A stretch of 64,000 bases of DNA, taken from assembly GCF_009914755.1 (NCBI RefSeq), contig NC_060934.1; one strand, written 5' to 3'. The notes under the pieces were generated by a model. The model was not told the origin of the DNA. It saw only the letters and a program-made list of their open reading frames with translations, and made no database searches. Numbering within the stretch: the stretch's first letter is position 1; each line of letters starts with the position of its first letter. The stretch is from the human T2T-CHM13v2.0 reference genome, Homo sapiens. The position numbers were made by a program, and so were the translations under genes. Shown here piece by piece: positions 16,420 through 28,860 of the stretch.

Positions 16420-16632
16420 TCTGGCTGTTTTTTAAACTTTAGAATGCATATGAACCACTTGTAATGATGGTTTAAAATGCAGATTGCTGGGCCAAGCCCC
16501 CTCAATAGATTCTCCTTCAGCTAGGCGGTGGTGAGGTCTAAGGGTTTTCAGTGTGATGTCTAAGAGTCTTCAGTGTTTTTCATGGTGATTATGATGCCTG
16601 TGGTCTATGGGCCATACTTAGAAAAACACTAA
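16420..16632. mobile_element. MER5-type hAT-Charlie fossil
   Basis: aaaatgcagattgctgggcc...agattc...ggccatacttagaaaaacact. Similar fossils near 25710-25880 and 32860-33050. Confidence 0.6.
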
Positions 16633-16851
16633 TTAGACACACAGAAGCCAGAGGGCCCCTGTAAAACTAGTCTGAATGGACGGAGTGGTTAAGAGCACAG
16701 TCTTCATTTGCATTTCCTAGAGTCAGGCAACCTGAGTTCAGATTCTGCCTCCATGACCATCTGTTTGATGTTGGGCAAATTACTTGACTTTGTAAGACCC
16801 AGTTTTATTTTAAATAAAATGAGGACAATATTTCCCATCCTTTTTTAAATT

Positions 16852-17178
16852 GTTTTTCTTCTTTTCTTTTTTCTTTTTTTTTTTTTTTTTTTTTTGACAG
16901 GGTTTCACTCTGTCACCGAGGCTGGCGTTCAGTGGTGGTGCTATTACAGCTCACTGGAGTCTCAAACTCCTGGGCCCAGGTGATCCTCTCACCTCAGCCC
17001 CATGAGTAGCTGGGACTACAGGTGCATGCCACCATGGCTGGCTAATTTTTTGTATTTGTTTTAGAAACAGGGTTTTCCGTGTTGCCCAGGCTGGTCTCGT
17101 ACTCCTGGACTGAAGTGATCAGCCCGTCTCAGCCTTCCAAAGTGCTGGGATTACAGGCATGAGCCATCATGCCCAGCC
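16852..17178 (-). mobile_element. AluJ inserted in a MIR
   Basis: J-type diagnostics (cagctcact...aactcctgggc). TSD caatatttcc; MIR halves on both sides. Confidence 0.9.
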
Positions 17179-18537
17179 CAATATTTCCTACCCTTTAGAA
17201 TTATTTTGAGAATAAAATAAAATCATATATGTCCGGCACATTATTTGGTACATAATAGGTGCTCAATACATAGTTATAAGAGCAGTTATGACAGCAATAA
17301 TAATTATTGCTTCTGAAGGTGATATTATTATTGCTGCCATAGAGTTGCACCAGAATCAAGCTATATTAATCTGTATTAATTTATATGTCAATATATTATA
17401 TTACTATACAATAGCAAAACAGATTAGCAGGGAGGGTGTATTTTCTAACATAATTTGAAGATCTGTATTTTATAAGTAACTGTAAAAGGAAGCCCTCCTG
17501 AAAAATGTTCCCCTTGGTTGTTTTTGCAAAGTTGTTCTTTGCTTTAAACTTAAGTAGTTTCAAAGACAAATGAGAAATACTCATAATCTTTTTCTCTCCA
17601 CAATGTTCACAATTTTAAAAAAAGTTTAAATAATAATGTTTTTCCTATGATAAAGTAATACTGGATATAGAAAATTTAAAAAGTGTGAAAAACACTTTAA
17701 AAATGAGAAAATAATCATCCAAATATTCACCATCTAGATATAACTATAATTAAAATTTGATGTTTAGGCTTTTTTTTTCTATTATGGTTTGTGTCATCAT
17801 TGAACTCAAAATATATGCACAATTTGAAGTCTGTTTTTCCCTATGTATTATGTAGTAGGAATTTTCACATATCACACATAAGCATAATATTTGATGACTG
17901 AATAATTCCATTTTTTCTCACCCATAATTTAGGTCAACAGTCTCTTACTTCGGGAAATTTTACTGTCTTAAGATATATAATAAGAAATAATTTTATACCC
18001 AGTGTTTATATAGACGTCATTTTTCTTTTAGATAGATTCCTGAAAACAAAATTACTGAGTGAAGGTTATGAATACTTTTAAATTTACAAGACATGTTAAC
18101 AAATTTTTTTCATAAAGGTTTTGCCAATGATTAACTCTACCATCAGAAAAAAGTACCAACCAATCTAATAACTAGAGATACCAAATGTGCTTTGATTAAT
18201 TTATTGGCCATTATATTTCTTTTCCACACATTATCTATTCCCTCTTTTGTCCAGTTATCTACTGGAAACTTGATTGATTGGTTTCTCTGTTCCTTTCCAT
18301 TCATTCCCTCTTTTCTTCTTTCCTTGTGCCTTTTCTTTTCTTACTAAAAAGTCATTTTAGATTTTTCATGGAATGAATGTTGTATAATTCAGTATTCTAC
18401 TGGTTAAAGCACAGCCTAGAAGTATGTTTCTGCTCTCTCTCATAGCAGTGTTATAAAAAGATTACACCAAATTTCACTTTGTAGAATTTATCTTTGATGA
18501 CAAATATATTAAATTTCCTTTCCTAGGCAGATCCCAA

Positions 18538-18642
18538 ATGTGGCAGCTTTTAGCAGCAGCATGCTGGATGCTTCTTCTTGGATCTATGTATGGTTATGAC
18601 AAGAAAGGAAACAATGCAAACCCTGAAGCTAATATGAATATT
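18538..18642 (+). CDS. LIPK: Lipase member K, coding exon 1 (signal peptide; MWQLLAAACW...NPEANMNI)
   Basis: Acceptor tttcctag|gcag, ATG at 18538, 105 nt, donor ATT|GTAAGT. Hydrophobic signal peptide and the NPE-x-x-MN acid-lipase motif. Confidence 0.97.
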
Positions 18643-19774
18643 GTAAGTCATTTATTAAGAAAAAATGCTAAAATAAGGAATTATTCATATTTCAGCATTT
18701 TAGATACAACTGGTGTGCCTTCTTAGTTTTCAGCAATTCCTCCAGTGACTAAGTCTGTGCTTCCTCTCCTGTTTCTTGATATGGCTAACTAATCCAAGAA
18801 TTAAAAGATCTGACCCAAGTTGGGGCAGTAATAGTCCATCTCCTGGTGGTTTGAACTACCATCCAGTGGTGGCTTCCTAAAGAGAAGTTTCATGACTTAA
18901 TACAGATGATCTCTATAGAGTATCTTTGAGATTTCCCCGAGATTTTTGATAGAGCAGTTTCTTTGATTTTGTGAGCTATCCCAATACGCTTTTTTGGTTT
19001 CATAAGCCAGTGTTGGTTTCTGTTGTTTATTACCAAAGTATTTTAACATTCAGGAATTCATATCAGAAGTGGAATGGAATAGTGTTAGGCAAAGAAAAAA
19101 AGGCCAAATGACAAATATCTACTACAGAATTCATTCAGATAATATACTCCATTCTCCTATATAAACGGCGCACAATTGCTGTCCTGTACCATACGCAAGT
19201 TGTATCAGAACCATAAAAAGAACGAAACTGCCAAAGTTTTTTTTCATTAGTATCTCTTCTTGTTCCTCTCTCCAAAGTATCCAGCAAGTACCCTTGATCT
19301 CCTACCACACTGTTGAACTCACATAATTTTTCTCTCTCTAGCATGAGGGATTTTTAGCTTTTAAACCTTCTATAATGATAAGAACAATCATCTATAAAGC
19401 ATTTATGTTAAGCATTATTCTACACATATTACATATAATCCTCACAATGTCACAGTCTGTCTCCAGAGCCTGGGCTCTTCACCATTGCTCTGTGTAGCCC
19501 ACAATTTATACATGCATCTCTGTGTCTGACTTGGGAAAATGCATAATCCTTTGATTAAGGCATAAGCTTTGGAGTTAAACTTACTTTAGCATTAATCTTT
19601 TTATCTCTTCCTGGTATATAATCTTGGATAAATTGTTAATCTACCTGAACATAAGTTCTCTCAACTGTAAATGGTACAATTCCATCTCAAAGGCCTCTTA
19701 TAAGTTTAATGAGAAAAGGAATGTAAACCTCTACGCAGAAGATACCAGTAATCACTAATTCCCCTCTTCTTTGT

Positions 19775-20160
19775 ATATCTGCAGGTGGGGTATCTTTTCT
19801 GACCCCTCTAGGCTCACTCTCTGTTCTTTAACACCTTTCTCTCTGCCCAAGAGGCTGAACTGTAAGGACAGGTCAACAAGCTCCCTTGACTTTTGGTTTT
19901 CATTTCAATTCAGCCAATGGAAATGGTGAGCAGGAGATGGAAAGAAATAGGCCAGTAAGGTTTCATTTTTTATTGCCCTGGCTTCCTCCCTGTGAAGTCA
20001 ACTTAGACAAGCTGTCTTCCTCAATTTGGTTATCTCAGCTTAACTTTCTCCTTCGGGCTTCCAGTAACTGCTTCCTCCCCCTCTTCTTTCAAGTCTGTTT
20101 GGTAATAGATCACTTGTTATTAGCCACAGGGTACTCCACAATTCCCTGTGGTTTCCCTCA
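19775..20160. mobile_element. Old ERVL LTR (LTR33-like)
   Basis: ctgcccaagaggctgaactgtaagga...tcagccaatgg...caggagatgga resembles the LTR33 family as recalled. Confidence 0.5.
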
Positions 20161-20161
20161 T

Positions 20162-20270
20162 TAGATGACCATATAATTTTCATCAAAGCAAACTAGGGTG
20201 CTTTAATAATACCAGGCCAGCAGGCAAAACCAGAGTGTCCTGAGCAAACAAGAATGTAGGGTCACCCCAC
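20162..20270. mobile_element. hAT-Blackjack MITE (MER94/MER81-like)
   Basis: Terminal inverted repeats tagatgaccat...ggtcaccc. Confidence 0.6.
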
Positions 20271-20398
20271 CCAGACTTACCTATGCCTCTTTATGTAACT
20301 CCTAGAAATCCCTCTTAAATTATCCTCATAGGAATATTACATGCCGTCACGGCACATAGAGTGATAAACAGTAGGTGCAATTTAAAGTACTACATTGT

Positions 20399-20710
<312 letters not shown>

Positions 20711-20788
20711 AAAGTACTATGTTGTAATTCATGTGTAAAAATTAAGAGATTATAACATGAAGGTATATATTTCCTTTCCTCTTTTTAG

Positions 20789-20906
20789 AGCCAGATTATT
20801 TCTTACTGGGGTTATCCTTATGAAGAGTATGATGTTACAACAAAAGATGGTTATATCCTTGGAATTTATAGGATTCCACATGGAAGAGGATGCCCAGGGA
20901 GGACAG
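20789..20906 (+). CDS. LIPK: LIPK coding exon 2 ([32 protein letters not shown]...)
   Basis: ctttttag|AGC...ACAG|gtatt, 118 nt. Has the family GYP-x-EEY...TxDGYIL motif. Not in the ORF track. Confidence 0.97.
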
Positions 20907-21459
20907 GTATTATTTATTTTGTTATGAAAGGAAAAATACTTAAAGCAGAGGTACTTAGATGTCCTGGGAGAAGTCAAGCAGTTTTTGTTCTGAAATTCTT
21001 AACAGTCCTTTCCATTAAAGGAGAAAAATGATCGCCCCCCATCTCTCTGTTTAATTTGTGTAACTTTGAAGTTTTAAGTCACTTTTACATACACTGTTTA
21101 TCTGGTCACTCCTTTTCTTCATGACTTTGTCTTCCTACCAAGCAAACACAAAAACACATCGTGTTCTTACCCTAGTGATACCTCTGTCCCGTTTTGAAAA
21201 TCAGAAATCTAGGGGTTATTCTTGATACCAACTCTCCCTCACCTTCTACATGCAACCTATCATCGCCATCTATCAATTTTGCCTTCTAAATTTCTCCCTA
21301 ATCTGACAACTTTCAGCTTCAATAATCATTCAAATCCAGGTTTGGATATAATGTCTTCAACTACTACAATGCCTTCTCACTGGTATTAAACTATTTGTAG
21401 TCAGTTCTGGACCCAAGTCTGTGTGATTTCATGGTTTAAAGTAAATATTACCCTATTAG

Positions 21460-23163
21460 CTCCCACCTAGCAACAGCATCTCAGCTTGTCAAATCACCAT
21501 CTAGTTTAGCCTACCTGCCTTCACTCCAGCCTCCACCATGTCCATCAGGGTGACCCAGAACTCCGCCTTCAGCAGTTGTTGGTACAGGAGCATACCCAGT
21601 GCTTGTATCAGATCCTCAAGCTTATTCCAGGTAGGTAGCAGCTTTCTGGGTGGCCTGGGCACCAGCATGGGTCTGGGTGAGGTCTATGCTGGGGCTGGTG
21701 ATATGGGAGGCATCACAATTTTCACTGTGACCCAGAGTCTGCTGAGCTCCCTAAAGGTGGAGGTGGATCCCAACATCCATGCTGTGAACACCCAGGAGAA
21801 GAAGCAGATCAAGACCCTGAACAAGTTTGCCTCCTTCATTGACAAAGTGTGGTTCCTGGAGCAGCAGAACAAGATGCTGGAGACCATGTGGAGCCTGCAG
21901 CAGCAGAAGACAGCTGGGAGAACGTGGACAACATGGAGAGCTGCATCAACAACTTGCTGCGGCAGCTGGACACATGGGACCAGAAGCTGAAGGTGGAGGT
22001 GGAGCTTGACAACATGCAGGGGCTGGTGGAGGACTTCAAGAGTAAGTACCAGGATGAGATCAACAAGCATATAGAGATGGAGAATGAATTTTCCTCATCA
22101 AGAAGGATGTGGTTAAAGCTTACATGAACAACATAGAATAAGCAGTCTCGCCTAAAAGGGCTGCCCCAGGAGAAGAGAAGATCCGTGAGCTGCAGTCCCA
22201 GATCTCGGCCACATCTCTGGTCCTATCCTTGGACAACAGCCGAGTCCTGGACATGGATGGCATCATCTCGACGTCTCCGCCCAGTACCAGGAGATCGCCA
22301 GCCGCAGCTGGGCCAAGGCCGAGAGCATGCACCACCAGGTCGAGTATGAGGCGCTGCAGGCCTTGGCTGGGAAGGCTGAGAATGAGCTGTGTCGCAGGAA
22401 GAGGATCTTCCAGGTGAACCGAAACATCAGCCGGCTCCAGGATGAGACTGAAGGCCTCAAAGGCCAGAGAACGCAGAGCAGCGTGGGGAGTCCGCCATTA
22501 AGGACTCAACGCTGAGCCTGCAGAGCTGGAGGCCGCCCTATAGCGGACCAAACAGGAGAGGGCGCCGTAGCTTCACCGGAACCTGGAGCTGATGAATGTC
22601 AAGCTGGCCTTGGGCATCGAGAGCGCCACCTACAGGAAGCTGCTGGAGGGCGAGGAGAGCCCGCTGGAGTCTGGGACGCAGAGCAGGTGTATGCATAGGA
22701 GGACAAGCAGTGGCTACCCAGGTGGGCTGGGCTCGGCCTCACAAGCTCTGCCCTCAGCTATGGCCTGGACTCCTTCCAGTCCAGCTTTGACTGTGGTGGG
22801 GACTCCGGCTCTTTCAGCCGCACCAGCTCCTGCAGGGCCATAGTTGTGAAGAAGATTGACCCCTGCAATGGGAAGCTGGTATCCGAGTCCTCTGATGTCC
22901 TGCCCAAGTGAATGTCCACGGCAGCACTTCTTAGCTTACCCTTCCTGTGGCTGTCCCACATCCCGCTGGGGAGGCAGCTGTGCAGGGGAGCATGGGCAAC
23001 TGGAGACCCATCTGACGCTCAGCCCTAGCTCTCAGCCCACCCTACAGGGATAGTTTGCTGCCTAGGGTACACCTCTTGCCCTTGCCTCCAACTGAAAAAA
23101 CAAGTCTATTTTTTTTTTTCTGAAACAGAGCCTCAGGTATCCTCAGGAATCTCTGCAAAAAAG
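21460..23163 (+). pseudogene. KRT8P38: Processed keratin 8 pseudogene in LIPK intron 3 (pseudogene number from memory)
   Basis: Intronless. Runs from MSIRVTQ at 21538 (ccaccATG) through KFASFIDKV and NVKLAL...TYRKLLEGEE to GKLVSESSDVLPK* (stop 22909-22911). Carries frameshifts, stops and deletions, with UTRs and a short A tract. TSD ACCCTATTAG at 21450-21459 and 23164-23173. Confidence 0.95.
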
Positions 23164-24233
23164 ACCCTATTAGTTCCTATCAGTTCTGTGCTTAAACTTC
23201 ATTAAAGAGCCAATTCTAGCTCCCTGCAATGCAGGTGGCTATCTGTTGGGGGTGGGGGGGGCGGGGGAAGAGCAATTCATTTCCCAGAAACTATTTGCTC
23301 TTGCTTTCTTCTCTCTCTTCTTAGTTCATTTTATACTTTGACATGTCGAATAACAAAACTTCTCAATATCAGAAAGACTATTTATTTAAAGAAAAACTCT
23401 AGATTTCTAAAAAGAGAGGAAGATATAATGGTGTTGCTGGCTTTACAGAGCCAATTATTTCCCAAAATAACTCCATAATTACAAATAACTTTGTAAATAC
23501 TCAAGAGAACTTTTAAGTCTCTCCAAACTTTTCTCTTGTCATTTCTATCACGTAGCTGCCAAAATTCATGAGACAAAAAGCTGTACAATGAGAAACTCTT
23601 TTTCTAATCTGAGATCCCTGTGATTTGTCTCAGACTCAGATCAAAGAGGCCTGATGGTACTTGACTATTTAATGGTACTTAACTTTGGCAGAGTTAGTAA
23701 CACCTCTTCTTTCCCTCTATTCCAAATGGTGGAAAAATGGACATAGACTCTTAGTTCCTTGGTCCCGATGGCTGAAGGCTCTCTGAGAGTACAACTTACT
23801 CACTCTCAGGAAGCCACTCTAGTTCCAAAAGTGACCTGAGGTAGAGTCCTGAGATAACAACACAGCATCACAAACCACTTATAAAGCACAGGAAAAGTCT
23901 AGTCACTTCTTCCCTCTCTTCTCTCTTTTTCCACACTTTCTCACTTCTTTCTTTTTCCTTTCTCTTTTTTAGTTGAAATGTTCCTATTTTACATTGGGAA
24001 TAGGATTTTTGTATCATATTAACAATTTTAAACTGTAAATTTCTACTTACAACCTTGTTTTTTGCTTTCTAACAATTCAAATGAAATGAAGCAGTGCCTA
24101 TAAAACTTAGCATAGTGCTTGACATTCAATGAGCATTCAACAAATGGCATTTTAATTATTGTTTTTATTATTTTGAAAAAAATTTAAGTTTTTAATCAGA
24201 TGAATCTTGAAAAATATAATGCTATTAATATAA

Positions 24234-24585
<352 letters not shown>

Positions 24586-24979
24586 ACCAGACAGCCTTTT
24601 ACATGTTTTAGTTCTCATCGAATTCTTATAAATACCCTAGGAGATAGCATTTATTATTATTTCCCATTATACAGATAGGTTAACTGAGGCACAAAGGAGT
24701 TCATGCGTATCGAAGGGATTTTGAACTAGGGCAAACTAACTTCCACACTTACATAATACAATACATTGTATATAATCCCTTACAAATGAGAAAACAAGAC
24801 AGAGAACTTAAATAACTTACCCAAGTAAGTAGCTCAGAAGGGACTAGATCCCAGGTTTGCCTGGCACCAAATTTTATCTCTTAACCTTTCTTTTATACTA
24901 CAGAAATTCAGGAATGAGATTTTTCTTGTAGACACTGAGAAAGTTCAAATATGAAATTCTTGTTGCCTGTGTTTTGCAG

Positions 24980-25178
24980 CTCCAAAGCCTGCTGTGTATT
25001 TGCAGCATGGCTTAATTGCATCTGCCAGTAACTGGATTTGCAACCTGCCCAACAACAGTTTGGCTTTCCTTCTGGCAGATAGTGGTTATGACGTGTGGTT
25101 GGGGAACAGCCGAGGAAACACTTGGTCCAGAAAACACCTTAAATTGTCACCGAAATCACCGGAATACTGGGCCTTCAG
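24980..25178 (+). CDS. LIPK: LIPK coding exon 3 (LQHGL oxyanion loop, [18 protein letters not shown])
   Basis: ttttgcag|CT...TTCAG|gtaaag, 199 nt. Overlaps ORF 24994-25182. Confidence 0.98.
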
Positions 25179-26174
25179 GTAAAGAGAAACCTATTAATGA
25201 ATAAAATGTGTACTTTCCTCATGCATATGTATGAACACCTAGTGATTTTTTTCCTGTTTTGTGTCCAAATGCACCCAATGGAATCCACAAGAAGGAAACA
25301 AACCTTTCTTTCTCTACCCAAACTTTCTTCACAGGCTCTAAAGAACTGCCATTATTATTGCATGGCTGTTTTAGAACTCCTGCCTCCGTCCTGGTGTCTG
25401 CGTGTGAGTGAGTGTGTGTGTGTATGTTCTGGGGGAAGTAAGAAGAAAGCCTGATTACAGAATAGCTAAGCAACAGTGCTGCCAGCAGCAGCGCCTGAGG
25501 GTGCTGTCTACTTCAGAAGCCACGCCTACCCGGTCACAGGAGCAAACTGATGCACTGGCATAGGAGCTAAGAACCATGCCTTGGAGGTCATGAAAATCCT
25601 GTGTTCCTTGGCCTCGTTGCCTGCCTTCTTTCTGGAAACCACTGGGATTTCCTAATTCTATGCCATAGTCCATTGCACCCTTGCAAATGACTAGAAAATT
25701 CCCTAGGTAAGTATTTCTTAAACTATACATAGGATCAGAAGTAACTGAGGTCATTGTTAAATATGCAGATTACTGGGTCTCTTCCCAGGAAATTCTGATT
25801 CAGTCAGTCTGGGCTGAGGTCTGCAAATCTGTTTGCTTTATTATTCTCTCCTTTAGATAAGCATTCCAGGTAATTGCTCTTTTCAGAGGAGCTTGGTAAA
25901 TCTGTTATAGAATTAAGTGAATACGACTAACCTTGCAAGAAAAGCATCAGTAGGCCTCGACAAATCAAATTTTTCTGATTTCAGTTTCTTAAAAATGTTG
26001 ACTTGCAATCAAGGTGACACCCTTAAAAGTTGCATAGTTGCCTAATATCATATATCGACACTAGTCTTATATTTAACAAAATCAAAGTATTTATGTCTTC
26101 ACTGAACGTGTTTAAATGTTCTAGGCCTAACAATGAGATGACTTTTCTAATTTGTTATTCCTTCTTTTTGATAG

Positions 26175-26284
26175 TTTGGATGAGATGGCTAAATATGACC
26201 TTCCAGCCACAATCAATTTTATCATAGAGAAAACTGGACAGAAGCGACTCTACTACGTGGGCCACTCACAAGGCACCACCATAG
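26175..26284 (+). CDS. LIPK: LIPK coding exon 4 (nucleophile elbow GHSQG, Ser172)
   Basis: gatag|T...ATAG|gtgtgt, 110 nt. GGC CAC TCA CAA GGC at 26260-26274. Confidence 0.98.
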
Positions 26285-26411
26285 GTGTGTTTGGGGCAGA
26301 TGTGATCAGAGAATGTCAGGGGCTCTTCTTCCATATGGCTACATTTACTACAACTTAAAATGAACAAATAATTATCTGAAAACTATGAACTACTGTCTTC
26401 TTCCATTTCAG

Positions 26412-26548
26412 CTTTTATAGCATTTTCTACAAACCCAGAACTGGCTAAAAAGATTAAGATATTTTTTGCACTGGCTCCAGTTGTCACAGTTAAATACACC
26501 CAAAGTCCTATGAAAAAACTAACAACCCTTTCCAGGCGAGTAGTTAAG
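26412..26548 (+). CDS. LIPK: LIPK coding exon 5 ([24 protein letters not shown]...)
   Basis: atttcag|CT...AAG|gtatgt, 137 nt, frame-consistent. Confidence 0.97.
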
Positions 26549-27789
26549 GTATGTGACTTCCCAAGTTTTAATCTGAAATAACTAAAAGTAGCTCTATTTC
26601 CATTGATTTCAACAGAAGACCAATGACATTTTACAAACTTCTGAGAAAATAATAGGTATTCAAGATATCCATGTAAGTTCACTGATGATGTATGCAATCT
26701 TATTAGCAGAGTTCAGGGAACTCCCCCTGTTGCTAATCTGCCCTACTTTCTTCATCTATGTCTAGAAACGTGTCTGCTGCGCCATTCCTCAACCACAGAT
26801 AGAGAGAACTTATTTGATTGATTGGTTTGTTGAATTTAGTAGATTGAATTTTTCTAGTGATCCCTAATTTTTTAGGGGCAGTGGTGGTTGAGTTCACAGC
26901 ATGGAATCAGATGGTGTGTGTTTGAATGTTATTTCTATGATTTGCAAGCTGGGTAAATTTGGTCAAGACCTTAAGTTCTCTTCATCTGTAATGTGGGGAT
27001 AATAATAGTTCTTACTCATAGGGCTACCCTGAGGACTAAGTAAATTAATACAGCATATCCTCTAAAACAATGTATTGCATATTGTAAACCTTTAATAAAT
27101 GTTAACAATTGTTTTTGTTATCATTAGTTTTATAGAATGTACCCTCCTCCATCACTAAATGCCCAACCTTGTTTCATTTCCTGACACTTTACAGGCTGTC
27201 ATTTTGACAATTCCCAAAACCCAGGCAAAACTCTAGGCCTCCTAATCTCCTCTAGTTGACAGCTAACTAATCTGATCATTTATCTAGTCCAGGTAAATTG
27301 CATTGCATGGGTTGGTGTGTTTTCTTCTTGTATTTTAACATGGGCTTCTCCCATGGTAATAACTCCCATGGTGGTGATTGCACGGTTCAGTGATTTCAAT
27401 GAGAGCAGATGAAAGTGAAACAATTCTGACAGAAGCCTGAAGATTTACCGAAGATTCTCATTGTTGAGAGCTAAGCAAATTAGCCTATGGTGATTGAAGT
27501 TCATATCTATACATCCCAGAAAGACAGGTAGCAGAAAAACCACCTGAAAATAACAAAACATGCTTACATTGCCTGTTGGTACTTGGGCCTCTTATACCAT
27601 TGAGATTTCACTCTGGCCTGCTCCTACTATTAAGTAAACAATGTCAGACTTTTTGCTTAATTATTTCAGTATTCCCACACAATTAAGAGATATTTTGGGA
27701 TGGTGAGATCTTTCCATTCCTCTTCATTTGCACAGCTCTCTTCAAACTTCTGCATACCCTGACGTGTGTAGGACGTGGTGCAATTCAAG

Positions 27790-28860
27790 TTAATTCAGCC
27801 AAAAGATATCTAGGAGCTACTACTTCAAGGCCCTGGCATTAGGAAACAGCTATGTCTACAAGGAAACTTTCCAGCTTGTTGGTATGAGTAAAAACTAGGG
27901 TGTATGTGAGAGTAGAATGGGATTCAACTAAGGAGGTATTAGGGGGCAATGGAAGGAAGTGGTGTCATGTCTAGGAGTTTAGACTTTGTTCTGTTAATGA
28001 AGGGAGGCCATTGAAGAATATTAAATAGAAAAGTGGCTTGATCAAATCTATAACTTTAGAATGATTGCCCTTTCTAAATTATAACTCCAATAGAGGAACT
28101 ATAGTACCAATAGAAGAACTGCCACATATGACCTACTAATTCCTAGTAGAAATTCCAGTATTATAATGACAGAGTAAAAACATTGCTAGGCAAACTCAGA
28201 GAAAAGAAAAATACTGCTAGCTGTTGGAATCACAAAATACTTTTTGGATAAGATGGCATTTTAGTTTGGGCTTAAGGATATGATTTCATTATAGAGTGTG
28301 GTATAGAAAGGCTTTCTGAAACAAGAGAGAAACATGAGCAACATTGAAGTGGTGAAGCTCAGGCCATGGAGAACCACACATAACTCACTTTACTGGAGAT
28401 TTATATTAGTATTTGTGAAGGAGAGTATGAGAAATCATGTTGGAAATGTAGAGGCAGATGATAAAGGGATTTGAGCGCCAAATTAATGAATTTGGAATGT
28501 ATTATATAAGTAATTGGGGAGCATGGAAATATTTGCACAGGGGAATGACACGCATAATGCCCCTTTTTAGAAAGATTCCCCTGGGAACCAAATGTAAGCA
28601 GATGAGGGTAAAGGACATCAAGAAGGGTGAAAGATTAGGAGAATCATTATGGAGTTATTGTTAACACATCAGTTGATAGATGTTGGGGATTGGACAAGAG
28701 TTGTGCACTGATGAGAAGAATGATTATGGGGTTATTGTTAACACATCAGCTGATAGATATTGGGGATTGGAACAAGAGTTGTGCAACAAAAAATAATCTG
28801 TAAGATATGACAATGAAATGATAGACAACGTTTAGGTATATTTTTGACTTTTTGAGGAAC
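27790..28860 (+). mobile_element. L2 remnants
   Basis: ggagtttagactttgttctg...ggaggccattgaagaatattaaatagaaaagtg are typical L2 motifs. Boundaries approximate. Confidence 0.55.

Noticed and set aside
21538-21990. 150-aa keratin ORF as a functional retrogene
   Set aside because: It frameshifts early in the rod domain, with later stops and deletions and a mutated poly(A) signal. No intact keratin is possible.
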